Shown: positions 22,426 through 36,975 of the stretch, piece by piece
How the letters are laid out: every line of letters begins with the position of its first letter
Position numbering within the stretch: the stretch's first letter is position 1
Source: Thalia democratica
Taxonomy: Eukaryota
DNA length: 64,000 bases
Direction: 5' to 3'
NCBI GenBank assembly: GCA_965202585.1
Contig: CBDBBG010000158.1
Span: 1-64,000, forward strand
Position numbers and translations under genes: made by a program
The notes under the pieces: generated by a model
The model's input: only the letters and a program-made list of their open reading frames with translations
The model's database searches: none
Told to the model about the DNA's origin: nothing

Positions 22426-25400
22426 GATGAATGAATAATAAAGCGACCAAAACGATACTTGCAAGAGTTACTGACTGTGACGAATTGACTGTCGAGCAGT
22501 TATGCTTTGCAAGGTACCTTTTACTTCTTAGCATTTTTGCATTAGCATGTTTGTTTAACACATATATGCTTATAAAAACTTAGTTGTCTTATTACGAATG
22601 TTGAAAAAGTTCCAGTAAGAAAGAAACCATATCTAACTTGTTCTAAAAGTAATTTTTTTTAAAGCATTAGTTTGAAAAGTCCAGAAATAACAGCCTGTAT
22701 CTTACAGCACACCTCTAAATACATTAAGAAAAACATAAATGAAACAAAACATGTTAACACACTCCCGACTGAGTTTTCCTTTGCCGCTCACCTAAAGTAA
22801 TAAAGTTTTAACAAAGCACAAGGTTTTTTTTTACCTCAAACTTAAACAAAGTTTCATTATATCGATTTCATGGAGTTTTGTTAATCGTAAGTTCTATCAA
22901 GTATGTTCAAGTTAATTACAGTTTAAACTAATGTGTAAAAAGTAATTTCAAAAGAATAAAAGAGTTCATTTTGTTTAGCTTTACTAGTTATGATTACTCA
23001 TAATCAATATACTCATAAGCAATGTACTCAAAACTTTTATTAAACAGACAACTAGATAACTTTGTTCTTGCACATACTAGTAACTTACCTTACAACAATG
23101 TTTTCCAAACAACCTTTCAAAAACGTACTGTACAGTAACTATGATGATACTTGTTTGAAAGTTGTAAACTACGTTTAAACACAAATTTTATTTTCCAGTG
23201 TATATGAAAAACTAGTTTAACAGGTAAGTAGTTTAACATTCAATTGGTGTTTCAAACAACTGATTCAAGCTGTTATACAGTTTAAAAAATAACTGATGCG
23301 ATTTTGCTCGTTAAACTTAAACCTTGATCAAACTAAGAACTTTAACTTTGCAGATTTCAACCGAATAAAGTGTGCTGATAAAAGTGAACAAATGGATTTG
23401 GTTGTAAATTTTTCAAACAAAATAAAGTTAATTAAATTCAAAGAAGTAAATAAGTCGAAAAAGCTTATGAACACTAGCACTAAATTTGAACTTAAACAAA
23501 AGCTGATATCTTTTGGATGAAAAATTTTACGTAAAAAAAGAGGTTGGTTTATTTTTTAAGCAGCATTATATACAAAATAAAATCGAGTAAGAAAATCGAA
23601 ATGAAAAAGTTTTGAAGTAAAATTGACAAACTTAGTGTTTGAATAAAGCTTTGTTTACAATCAGCACTCATAACCTTTCAATCTATCTTTGAAACTTTTT
23701 AACTGGAAAATAATGCAACTAGGTTTTTTTTTCAAACTTTGTTTTGTCACTTCTCATAAAGTTTTAAAGTCAGTCGAAACAACATAGATACTGACACATA
23801 TTTTGAAACAACAACAGTACTGTTTTTTAAAGTTTACGATTGAAGTGTTTACCAAGTTAAACATGTGTTTTAACTGCTTTACTGCTAATAGTAATTTCCT
23901 AGTTTACTCAACCTAGATTAATCATAATGTTCTGTACCATTGATTTCATTGACTAAATGTTTTGCTTTTCGAAATTCGTAACTAGTTATCTCTAACTTAC
24001 TGTTAATGTAGTTAAAAACACAGCTTAGGATAAGTTACATTTTATTCTCGGATGTCGTTAAGAACATAGCTGTTGTAGCAATAACATATAAACTTGAAGC
24101 AAAGTAACTGTTATCTTATTCAATTATAGACCATATAAAACAAAGTATTTGCTTGATTCAAAGTTTTACATTGTAGTTTGCCTATTATGGAACTTGTACT
24201 GTCACATAATAGGCTGTAAAAAAATGAAGGCTAAAAAAGTTTTTGTCTTGCTTTGTCCAATTTTTCTTCTTCTTTACATTTATAAAAACTACACAGCTTA
24301 AAGCAACAAGTTACAGTAATTTTGCTTTCTTATGTATAGCGTACTTAAGGGTAACAAACAAGTGGTAACAAGTTTTTTACTTCTTTTCTTTGTACCATGT
24401 TTCAGCTAATCAATTGGTTTATTTCATATGCTTGACAAGATTAGAAAGCTTAAATCAAGTAAGTAGATGTAAGCTTTGTAAAATAAAAGATTTATTTATA
24501 CAAGTTCATCATTTTATTAAGGTATTTTGTTTTGTAAATTGCGTACTTGTTAATAGCGTTCTCTTTCTTTTGAACAAACGATGTTGTTTACATTTATGTG
24601 TTACACCAGTTTTGAATTGTTAAGCATGTTTCAGTTGTAGTTTAATTGTAATTGAACAGTATTTTTTAAGGACACTAAACATTGTTTGTTATTAACAGTT
24701 TAAAACGTTTTCAGTTAATAAGTCAAAGTTTTATTTCTGTTTAAGCGTACTATTTTCATTGAAAAATAAAAATAGTTTTTACAGTGACGTAGGCACAGTT
24801 TTTTTTAATAAACTAAAAAACAAATGAAATATTGAATTAAAAAATGTCCACAAAGTAAGCATGAATAAGAATAAGTTTTATTTGGAAAAGAAAGTTAAAA
24901 GGAAAAAGGCCACGAAAAAGACACTCAAGTTAGTTAAAGCTTTTCACTAAGCATTCGACAATAGTAAGCAATAAAGTAAGGATTAGAGCAGTTATCTAGC
25001 TAGAGTTCCTTTCTTAACAGTTGCATAAAAAAAGTACAGTAGAGAAATTGTAGCGAGCTAGGTATTTAATAAATAATGGGTTTATAGTTTGGAGGGAAAT
25101 TGTTTTTTGATTCTTTTTCACCACAAAGTTGATTAAGTGTGTGTATTTGTGTTGTTGAGTTTAGTAGTCATTAGTAGCTTGTGTATTTAATTGGTGATCC
25201 ACCTAATCTTTAGATTCAAAAAGTACATAGCTTAAAACAAACAAGTATCGTCGTTTTGAGTTGTCTCATACATAGTTTAAAAAAGAGTTACAAAAAATGG
25301 TAACAAGCTGTTCCATTTTTACCTTGGAATCATGTCGTTATTTGTCATAGCCACAGAAAAAATGAGTTCAACAAAACAAGTATGAGCTTTGTAAGCAGAA

Positions 25401-26960
25401 AGATTATTTCAATTGTATGTTTGTTTTAAACAATCACTGTTGTTTACATTACTGTTCAACTTTTAAACAGTTTTTTATTGTTTCATTTGCATTCTGATAA
25501 GTAAAACTAATACTTATTTGACAATCAGACCTTAAATAAATATCATTGAGCATTTTTAGTATCAAAGCAAAGTAAATGTTTCTTCTCATTTAATATAATG
25601 TCTTATTTAAGCATAATTTTTTATTTAGTGACAGATTGATTTTTTTATTAAACTAACAACAAATATCTATTGAGTGTTTGAAAAACAAGTTTACAAAGTA
25701 AAATGAACTAGAATAAGTTTTGTTTAAACAATAAGTTAAACAAGAAAATTCCCATTAAAAAACATTTTTACCTAACATTTAAATACTAGTGAAGCAGAAA
25801 AACTTATTCTACATTATCAAAAGTAGTTTAAAATGTCAAGTAGAACTACAAAAACTAAAGTAAGTGTAACTAACTAGTAGAAACAAAAACAGAGAAATTC
25901 AGCTTTAGAAAGTTTATTTAGAAGTTATTGAAACACACTAACTGTTACTTTTTACCAACACGCACAATGTAGATATAAATTTGTACATTTTTTTGTCGCT
26001 TAGTTTAAGCTTGTTTGACACTGTTTACTCGACATTAGTAGCTGCTTAAATCAACTGGTGGTCCTGATTACTTTAGATATGTAGAAACATAACTTTCAAC
26101 AAACTACTAGAGTTGTTAAAGGTCAGTAAGTTGTCTCATATCTAGTTAAAACAAGTACCTTTTACTTTGAAAACTAGAATAATAAATTACTTAAAAAAGT
26201 ACAAGCAGTTACTTTTTTGTGTTTTACCAAGTTTCAACCAATGAGCTGGTTTGTTTTGTGTGTTTATGTTTTGAATTGAAAATGTTTCTTGAATATGCTA
26301 AACAGAAGTTAGCTTTGAAAGAAGGAATATGTTATTTTACTTGAAAAACACATCTGTAATTTTTTGTCTTGAACAACCATTTTTGTATTCATTTATGTAT
26401 TCGTAACTTTTTAAAACGTGTTACATGGCTTCAATTGCAGTTAAGTTGATAAGAAGAACTCGTTTAAAAAGTTAAAGCTCGGTTGTGTTACTAATAATCA
26501 ACAACAACTTAAAATAAAGTTACAACTAAGTTTTTGCATGTTATAAGTGATATACATTTTTGTTTAAAAAGATGATACTTTTTTGTAAGCACTTATTTAT
26601 TGAATGTTTCAACAGAACTTCAGCAAATGAATAAAAACAAGTGTTTTGTACAAAAAGTATTCAGATGAAAAATCTTACGGACAACAAAATCAAGTTAGTT
26701 AAACATCTTTTACAAACCATTTGATTACAAGCACTACTACTGTTTTTAGACTAATGCAATGCTTTTTCTACAATATAACGAGTTACAAGTTTATAAAGTA
26801 TTTGAAACAAAAAAAAAGTGTGTTCATTCAAGTATATGAGTTTTTAATTTACACAAATAAGAATTTATTTGTACTAAGCTTATATTCTTGTACTTTAAGT
26901 AAACATGAACAGCTGGTTCTATTCAAATGGTGGTCCTGAAAAGGACCGGTTGTTTAGCGT

Positions 26961-27320
26961 TTATTTTGAGCTGGTGTATTTGGTAACAGCTTTAGTTCCT
27001 TCTGAAACTGCGTGCTTTGACAACTCGCCGGGGAGCAAGAGCCTGACAGCAGTTTGAATTTCGCGGCTGCTAACAGTTGACCTCTTGTTGTAATGAGCCA
27101 AACGTGAAGCCTCTGCTGCAATGCGCTCGAAGATGTCGTTGACAAATGAGTTCATGATTCCCATTGCCTTGCTGGAAATTCCGGTGTCGGGGTGCACTTG
27201 CTTCAAAACTTTGTACACATAGATGCCAAAGCTTTCTTTGTTCCTCCTCCTTCGCTTCTTCTTGCCGTCGACCGGAGCGGTCTTGGCTACTGACTTCTTC
27301 GCGCCTTTGGTTGCTGTCAT
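26961..27320 (-). CDS. H2B: Histone H2B (copy 4)
   Basis: Same protein as copy 1. Confidence 0.98.
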   Translation of the reverse strand: MTATKGAKKSVAKTAPVDGKKKRRRRNKESFGIYVYKVLKQVHPDTGISSKAMGIMNSFVNDIFERIAAEASRLAHYNKRSTVSSREIQTAVRLLLPGELSKHAVSEGTKAVTKYTSSK

Positions 27321-27484
27321 GATGATGTGTGGACTTCTGTCTCGGCGCCAGTTTATATGCTGAAAAATTATGCAAATTAGCATAGTTCCGTACGCGAACG
27401 ATAGCTGGTTTCTCTCACTTCACAATTCTCTCGTTTGTTGTAAATATTTTGGTGGTCCTGAAAAGGACCTGGTTTTTTTTTAAC

Positions 27485-27865
27485 TTAGGCTGACTTTTTT
27501 GAAGCGGTCTTCTTAGGCAATAGTACTGCCTGGATGTTTGGAAGAACACCACCTTGAGCAATTGTGACGCCTCCGAGAAGTTTGTTCAACTCTTCGTCGT
27601 TGCGAATAGCTAGTTGCAAATGGCGAGGAATGATCCTGCTTTTCTTGTTGTCACGAGCAGCGTTACCGGCAAGCTCGAGCACTTCTGCGCTCAAGTACTC
27701 GAGAACGGCAGCCAGATAAACTGGAGCACCAGCTCCGACTCTTTGGCTGTAGTTGCCGGTGCGCAACAGGCGGTGCACGCGACCGACTGGAAACTGCAGT
27801 CCTGCACGGGAAGACCTGCTCTTCGGCTTAGATTTGAGTTTTGATCCTTTACCACGTCCTGACAT
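27485..27865 (-). CDS. H2A: Histone H2A (copy 4)
   Basis: Same protein as copy 1. Confidence 0.98.
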   Translation of the reverse strand: MSGRGKGSKLKSKPKSRSSRAGLQFPVGRVHRLLRTGNYSQRVGAGAPVYLAAVLEYLSAEVLELAGNAARDNKKSRIIPRHLQLAIRNDEELNKLLGGVTIAQGGVLPNIQAVLLPKKTASKKSA

Positions 27866-28047
27866 TTTGTTGTTCGAATGATTGTGATGATAGCTTGCAC
27901 AGCTCACTATAAAACTCATACCTAACCGCGTCGAACGAAAAACTAATTTGCATATGTCATAGCTAATGCTTAATCTTGTCAAAAGTGTTGTAAAACTTTT
28001 ATATTGAATTAGGTGGTCCTAAAAAGGACCGGGTTTGCTAAAAGCGA

Positions 28048-28395
<348 letters not shown>

Positions 28396-28547
28396 TTATA
28401 TACAAGCTGTTACGGACGCGTACGGTTACTACTAACTAATTTGCATACTCAAAAAAGTCTCTTAACTTACATTTTTTCGTTCGGTTAAGTTTTTCTCACT
28501 GTCAAAGTTTTAAGGTGGCCCTGAAAAGGACCGGTTTTAGCTAACGC

Positions 28548-29039
<492 letters not shown>

Positions 29040-29139
29040 CTAATTTGCATATTTTCAACTTAGCATTGTTTTATGCATTTCGAGTTGCGTTATATTTTGT
29101 TTGAGTGGTCCTGAAAAGGACCTTGGGTAAAAGAACAAC

Positions 29140-29700
29140 TTATTTTTTGCAGCTCTTCTTCTTGGATGCTTTTTTGGCTGCCGGCTTCTTCTTGGTTACT
29201 TTCTTCTTCTTGCTTGCAGCTTTTTTAGATGCTGCCTTCTTAGGAGCGCACTTTTTAGCAGGTCGCTTTTTGGCTGCTGGTTTTTTTGCAGCCTTCTTGG
29301 GAGCACACTTCTTTTTTGGTTTTTTAGCTGCGGCCTTCTTTGCTGCTGGCTTTTTAGCTACTTTCTTTGTCCTCTTCTTGGGCCCAGCAGCTGGCATTGG
29401 AGCAAGCTTGAACGAGCCAGAAGCGCCTTTTCCAGTTGTCTGGAGAAAAGCACCTTTGGTCACGCCGCTGGTAAGTGCTCTCTTCAAGTGAGAATTGGAA
29501 GCTGTGAGGTCAAGCTTGTAGGTGTCCGCAATAAACTTTTGTATCTTCTGGCGGGATGTACCTTTTCGTTCCTTCATTGCTCCAAGGGCAGAGCTAATCA
29601 TTTCCCTGTAAGTAGGGTGCTCTGCCTTCTTGGCGCTTGGTCTCTTGGAAGACCTGGCTGCGGCTGGCGCTGGTACTGCTGCTACTGCTGTGGTAGACAT
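29140..29700 (-). CDS. H1: Histone H1 (copy 5)
   Basis: Same protein as copy 1. Confidence 0.97.
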   Translation of the reverse strand: MSTTAVAAVPAPAAARSSKRPSAKKAEHPTYREMISSALGAMKERKGTSRQKIQKFIADTYKLDLTASNSHLKRALTSGVTKGAFLQTTGKGASGSFKLAPMPAAGPKKRTKKVAKKPAAKKAAAKKPKKKCAPKKAAKKPAAKKRPAKKCAPKKAASKKAASKKKKVTKKKPAAKKASKKKSCKK

Positions 29701-32700
29701 GATGAATGAATAATAAAGCGACCAAAACGATACTTGCAAGAGTTACTGACTGTGACGAATTGACTGTCGAGCAGTTATGCTTTGCAAGGTACCTTTTACT
29801 TCTTAGCATTTTTGCATTAGCATGTTTGTTTAACACATATATGCTTATAAAAACTTAGTTGTCTTATTACGAATGTTGAAAAAGTTCCAGTAAGAAAGAA
29901 ACCATATCTAACTTGTTCTAAAAGTAATTTTTTTTAAAGCATTAGTTTGAAAAGTCCAGAAATAACAGCCTGTATCTTACAGCACACCTCTAAATACATT
30001 AAGAAAAACATAAATGAAACAAAACATGTTAACACACTCCCGACTGAGTTTTCCTTTGCCGCTCACCTAAAGTAATAAAGTTTTAACAAAGCACAAGGTT
30101 TTTTTTTACCTCAAACTTAAACAAAGTTTCATTATATCGATTTCATGGAGTTTTGTTAATCGTAAGTTCTATCAAGTATGTTCAAGTTAATTACAGTTTA
30201 AACTAATGTGTAAAAAGTAATTTCAAAAGAATAAAAGAGTTCATTTTGTTTAGCTTTACTAGTTATGATTACTCATAATCAATATACTCATAAGCAATGT
30301 ACTCAAAACTTTTATTAAACAGACAACTAGATAACTTTGTTCTTGCACATACTAGTAACTTACCTTACAACAATGTTTTCCAAACAACCTTTCAAAAACG
30401 TACTGTACAGTAACTATGATGATACTTGTTTGAAAGTTGTAAACTACGTTTAAACACAAATTTTATTTTCCAGTGTATATGAAAAACTAGTTTAACAGGT
30501 AAGTAGTTTAACATTCAATTGGTGTTTCAAACAACTGATTCAAGCTGTTATACAGTTTAAAAAATAACTGATGCGATTTTGCTCGTTAAACTTAAACCTT
30601 GATCAAACTAAGAACTTTAACTTTGCAGATTTCAACCGAATAAAGTGTGCTGATAAAAGTGAACAAATGGATTTGGTTGTAAATTTTTCAAACAAAATAA
30701 AGTTAATTAAATTCAAAGAAGTAAATAAGTCGAAAAAGCTTATGAACACTAGCACTAAATTTGAACTTAAACAAAAGCTGATATCTTTTGGATGAAAAAT
30801 TTTACGTAAAAAAAGAGGTTGGTTTATTTTTTAAGCAGCATTATATACAAAATAAAATCGAGTAAGAAAATCGAAATGAAAAAGTTTTGAAGTAAAATTG
30901 ACAAACTTAGTGTTTGAATAAAGCTTTGTTTACAATCAGCACTCATAACCTTTCAATCTATCTTTGAAACTTTTTAACTGGAAAATAATGCAACTAGATT
31001 TTTTTTTCAAACTTTGTTTTGTCACTTCTCATAAAGTTTTAAAGTCAGTCGAAACAACATAGATACTGACACATATTTTGAAACAACAACAGTACTGTTT
31101 TTTAAAGTTTACGATTGAAGTGTTTACCAAGTTAAACATGTGTTTTAACTGCTTTACTGCTAATAGTAATTTCCTAGTTTACTCAACCTAGATTAATCAT
31201 AATGTTCTGTACCATTGATTTCATTGACTAAATGTTTTGCTTTTCGAAATTCGTAACTAGTTATCTCTAACTTACTGTTAATGTAGTTAAAAACACAGCT
31301 TAGGATAAGTTACATTTTATTCTCGGATGTCGTTAAGAACATAGCTGTTGTAGCAATAACATATAAACTTGAAGCAAAGTAACTGTTATCTTATTCAATT
31401 ATAGACCATATAAAACAAAGTATTTGCTTGATTCAAAGTTTTACATTGTAGTTTGCCTATTATGGAACTTGTACTGTCACATAATAGGCTGTAAAAAAAT
31501 GAAGGCTAAAAAAGTTTTTGTCTTGCTTTGTCCAATTTTTCTTCTTCTTTACATTTATAAAAACTACACAGCTTAAAGCAACAAGTTACAGTAATTTTGC
31601 TTTCTTATGTATAGCGTACTTAAGGGTAACAAACAAGTGGTAACAAGTTTTTTACTTCTTTTCTTTGTACCATGTTTCAGCTAATCAATTGGTTTATTTC
31701 ATATGCTTGACAAGATTAGAAAGCTTAAATCAAGTAAGTAGATGTAAGCTTTGTAAAATAAAAGATTTATTTATACAAGTTCATCATTTTATTAAGGTAT
31801 TTTGTTTTGTAAATTGCGTACTTGTTAATAGCGTTCTCTTTCTTTTGAACAAACGATGTTGTTTACATTTATGTGTTACACCAGTTTTGAATTGTTAAGC
31901 ATGTTTCAGTTGTAGTTTAATTGTAAATGAACAGTATTTTTTAAGGACACTAAACATTGTTTGTTATTAACAGTTTAAAACGTTTTCAGTTAATAAGTCA
32001 AAGTTTTATTTCTGTTTAAGCGTACTATTTTCATTGAAAAATAAAAATAGTTTTTACAGTGACGTAGGCACAGTTTTTTTTAATAAACTAAAAAACAAAT
32101 GAAATATTGAATTAAAAAATGTCCACAAAGTAAGCATGAATAAGAATAAGTTTTATTTGGAAAAGAAAGTTAAAAGGAAAAAGGCCACGAAAAAGACACT
32201 CAAGTTAGTTAAAGCTTTTCACTAAGCATTCGACAATAGTAAGCAATAAAGTAAGGATTAGAGCAGTTATCTAGCTAGAGTTCCTTTCTTAACAGTTGCA
32301 TAAAAAAAGTACAGTAGAGAAATTGTAGCGAGCTAGGTATTTAATAAATAATGGGTTTATAGTTTGGAGGGAAATTGTTTTTTGATTCTTTTTCACCACA
32401 AAGTTGATTAAGTGTGTGTATTTGTGTTGTTGAGTTTAGTAGTCATTAGTAGCTTGTGTATTTAATTGGTGATCCACCTAATCTTTAGATTCAAAAAGTA
32501 CATAGCTTAAAACAAACAAGTATCGTCGTTTTGAGTTGTCTCATACATAGTTTAAAAAAGAGTTACAAAAAATGGTAACAAGCTGTTCCATTTTTACCTT
32601 GGAATCATGTCGTTATTTGTCATAGCCACAGAAAAAATGAGTTCAACAAAACAAGTATGAGCTTTGTAAGCAGAAAGATTATTTCAATTGTATGTTTGTT

Positions 32701-34235
32701 TTAAACAATCACTGTTGTTTACATTACTGTTCAACTTTTAAACAGTTTTTTATTGTTTCATTTGCATTCTGATAAGTAAAACTAATACTTATTTGACAAT
32801 CAGACCTTAAATAAATATCATTGAGCATTTTTAGTATCAAAGCAAAGTAAATGTTTCTTCTCATTTAATATAATGTCTTATTTAAGCATAATTTTTTATT
32901 TAGTGACAGATTGATTTTTTTATTAAACTAACAACAAATATCTATTGAGTGTTTGAAAAACAAGTTTACAAAGTAAAATGAACTAGAATAAGTTTTGTTT
33001 AAACAATAAGTTAAACAAGAAAATTCCCATTAAAAAACATTTTTACCTAACATTTAAATACTAGTGAAGCAGAAAAACTTATTCTACATTATCAAAAGTA
33101 GTTTAAAATGTCAAGTAGAACTACAAAAACTAAAGTAAGTGTAACTAACTAGTAGAAACAAAAACAGAGAAATTCAGCTTTAGAAAGTTTATTTAGAAGT
33201 TATTGAAACACACTAACTGTTACTTTTTACCAACACGCACAATGTAGATATAAATTTGTACATTTTTTTGTCGCTTAGTTTAAGCTTGTTTGACACTGTT
33301 TACTCGACATTAGTAGCTGCTTAAATCAACTGGTGGTCCTGATTACTTTAGATATGTAGAAACATAACTTTCAACAAACTACTAGAGTTGTTAAAGGTCA
33401 GTAAGTTGTCTCATATCTAGTTAAAACAAGTACCTTTTACTTTGAAAACTAGAATAATAAATTACTTAAAAAAGTACAAGCAGTTACTTTTTTGTGTTTT
33501 ACCAAGTTTCAACCAATGAGCTGGTTTGTTTTGTGTGTTTATGTTTTGAATTGAAAATGTTTCTTGAATATGCTAAACAGAAGTTAGCTTTGAAAGAAGG
33601 AATATGTTATTTTACTTGAAAAACACATCTGTAATTTTTTGTCTTGAACAACCATTTTTGTATTCATTTATGTATTCGTAACTTTTTAAAACGTGTTACA
33701 TGGCTTCAATTGCAGTTAAGTTGATAAGAAGAACTCGTTTAAAAAGTTAAAGCTCGGTTGTGTTACTAATAATCAACAACAACTTAAAATAAAGTTACAA
33801 CTAAGTTTTTGCATGTTATAAGTGATATACATTTTTGTTTAAAAAGATGATACTTTTTTGTAAGCACTTATTTATTGAATGTTTCAACAGAACTTCAGCA
33901 AATGAATAAAAACAAGTGTTTTGTACAAAAAGTATTCAGATGAAAAATCTTACGGACAACAAAATCAAGTTAGTTAAACATCTTTTACAAACCATTTGAT
34001 TACAAGCACTACTACTGTTTTTAGACTAATGCAATGCTTTTTCTACAATATAACGAGTTACAAGTTTATAAAGTATTTGAAACAAAAAAAAAGTGTGTTC
34101 ATTCAAGTATATGAGTTTTTAATTTACACAAATAAGAATTTATTTGTACTAAGCTTATATTCTTGTACTTTAAGTAAACATGAACAGCTGGTTCTATTCA
34201 AATGGTGGTCCTGAAAAGGACCGGTTGTTTAGCGT

Positions 34236-34595
34236 TTATTTTGAGCTGGTGTATTTGGTAACAGCTTTAGTTCCTTCTGAAACTGCGTGCTTTGACAACT
34301 CGCCGGGGAGCAAGAGCCTGACAGCAGTTTGAATTTCGCGGCTGCTAACAGTTGACCTCTTGTTGTAATGAGCCAAACGTGAAGCCTCTGCTGCAATGCG
34401 CTCGAAGATGTCGTTGACAAATGAGTTCATGATTCCCATCGCCTTGCTGGAAATTCCGGTGTCGGGGTGCACTTGCTTCAAAACTTTGTACACATAGATG
34501 CCAAAGCTTTCTTTGTTCCTCCTCCTTCGCTTCTTCTTGCCGTCGACCGGAGCGGTCTTGGCTACTGACTTCTTCGCGCCTTTGGTTGCTGTCAT
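34236..34595 (-). CDS. H2B: Histone H2B (copy 5)
   Basis: Same protein; synonymous Ala GCA>GCG at 34440. Confidence 0.98.
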   Translation of the reverse strand: MTATKGAKKSVAKTAPVDGKKKRRRRNKESFGIYVYKVLKQVHPDTGISSKAMGIMNSFVNDIFERIAAEASRLAHYNKRSTVSSREIQTAVRLLLPGELSKHAVSEGTKAVTKYTSSK

Positions 34596-34759
34596 GATGA
34601 TGTGTGGACTTCTGTCTCGGCGCCAGTTTATATGCTGAAAAATTATGCAAATTAGCATAGTTCCGTACGCGAACGATAGCTGGTTTCTCTCACTTCACAA
34701 TTCTCTCGTTTGTTGTAAATATTTTGGTGGTCCTGAAAAGGACCTGGTTTTTTTTTAAC

Positions 34760-35140
34760 TTAGGCTGACTTTTTTGAAGCGGTCTTCTTAGGCAATAGTA
34801 CTGCCTGGATGTTTGGAAGAACACCACCTTGAGCAATTGTGACGCCTCCGAGAAGTTTGTTCAACTCTTCGTCGTTGCGAATAGCTAGTTGCAAATGGCG
34901 AGGAATGATCCTGCTTTTCTTGTTGTCACGAGCAGCGTTACCGGCAAGCTCGAGCACTTCTGCGCTCAAGTACTCGAGAACGGCAGCCAGATAAACTGGA
35001 GCACCAGCTCCGACTCTTTGGCTGTAGTTGCCGGTGCGCAACAGGCGGTGCACGCGACCGACTGGAAACTGCAGTCCTGCACGGGAAGACCTGCTCTTCG
35101 GCTTAGATTTGAGTTTTGATCCTTTACCACGTCCTGACAT
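34760..35140 (-). CDS. H2A: Histone H2A (copy 5)
   Basis: Same protein as copy 1. Confidence 0.98.
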   Translation of the reverse strand: MSGRGKGSKLKSKPKSRSSRAGLQFPVGRVHRLLRTGNYSQRVGAGAPVYLAAVLEYLSAEVLELAGNAARDNKKSRIIPRHLQLAIRNDEELNKLLGGVTIAQGGVLPNIQAVLLPKKTASKKSA

Positions 35141-35322
35141 TTTGTTGTTCGAATGATTGTGATGATAGCTTGCACAGCTCACTATAAAACTCATACCTAA
35201 CCGCGTCGAACGAAAAACTAATTTGCATATGTCATAGCTAATGCTTAATCTTGTCAAAAGTGTTGTAAAACTTTTATATTGAATTAGGTGGTCCTAAAAA
35301 GGACCGGGTTTGCTAAAAGCGA

Positions 35323-35670
<348 letters not shown>

Positions 35671-35822
35671 TTATATACAAGCTGTTACGGACGCGTACGG
35701 TTACTACTAACTAATTTGCATACTCAAAAAAGTCTCTTAACTTACATTTTTTCGTTCGGTTAAGTTTTTCTCACTGTCAAAGTTTTAAGGTGGCCCTGAA
35801 AAGGACCGGTTTTAGCTAACGC

Positions 35823-36314
<492 letters not shown>

Positions 36315-36414
36315 CTAATTTGCATATTTTCAACTTAGCATTGTTTTATGCATTTCGAGTTGCGTTATATTTTGTTTGAGTGGTCCTGAAAAGGACCTTG
36401 GGTAAAAGAACAAC

Positions 36415-36975
36415 TTATTTTTTGCAGCTCTTCTTCTTGGATGCTTTTTTGGCTGCCGGCTTCTTCTTGGTTACTTTCTTCTTCTTGCTTGCAGCTTTTT
36501 TAGATGCTGCCTTCTTAGGAGCGCACTTTTTAGCAGGTCGCTTTTTGGCTGCTGGTTTTTTTGCAGCCTTCTTGGGAGCACACTTCTTTTTTGGTTTTTT
36601 AGCTGCGGCCTTCTTTGCTGCTGGCTTTTTAGCTACTTTCTTTGTCCTCTTCTTGGGCCCAGCAGCTGGCATTGGAGCAAGCTTGAACGAGCCAGAAGCG
36701 CCTTTTCCAGTTGTCTGGAGAAAAGCACCTTTGGTCACGCCGCTGGTAAGTGCTCTCTTCAAGTGAGAATTGGAAGCTGTGAGGTCAAGCTTGTAGGTGT
36801 CCGCAATAAACTTTTGTATCTTCTGGCGGGATGTACCTTTTCGTTCCTTCATTGCTCCAAGGGCAGAGCTAATCATTTCCCTGTAAGTAGGGTGCTCTGC
36901 CTTCTTGGCGCTTGGTCTCTTGGAAGACCTGGCTGCGGCTGGCGCTGGTACTGCTGCTACTGCTGTGGTAGACAT
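36415..36975 (-). CDS. H1: Histone H1 (copy 6)
   Basis: Same protein as copy 1. Confidence 0.97.
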   Translation of the reverse strand: MSTTAVAAVPAPAAARSSKRPSAKKAEHPTYREMISSALGAMKERKGTSRQKIQKFIADTYKLDLTASNSHLKRALTSGVTKGAFLQTTGKGASGSFKLAPMPAAGPKKRTKKVAKKPAAKKAAAKKPKKKCAPKKAAKKPAAKKRPAKKCAPKKAASKKAASKKKKVTKKKPAAKKASKKKSCKK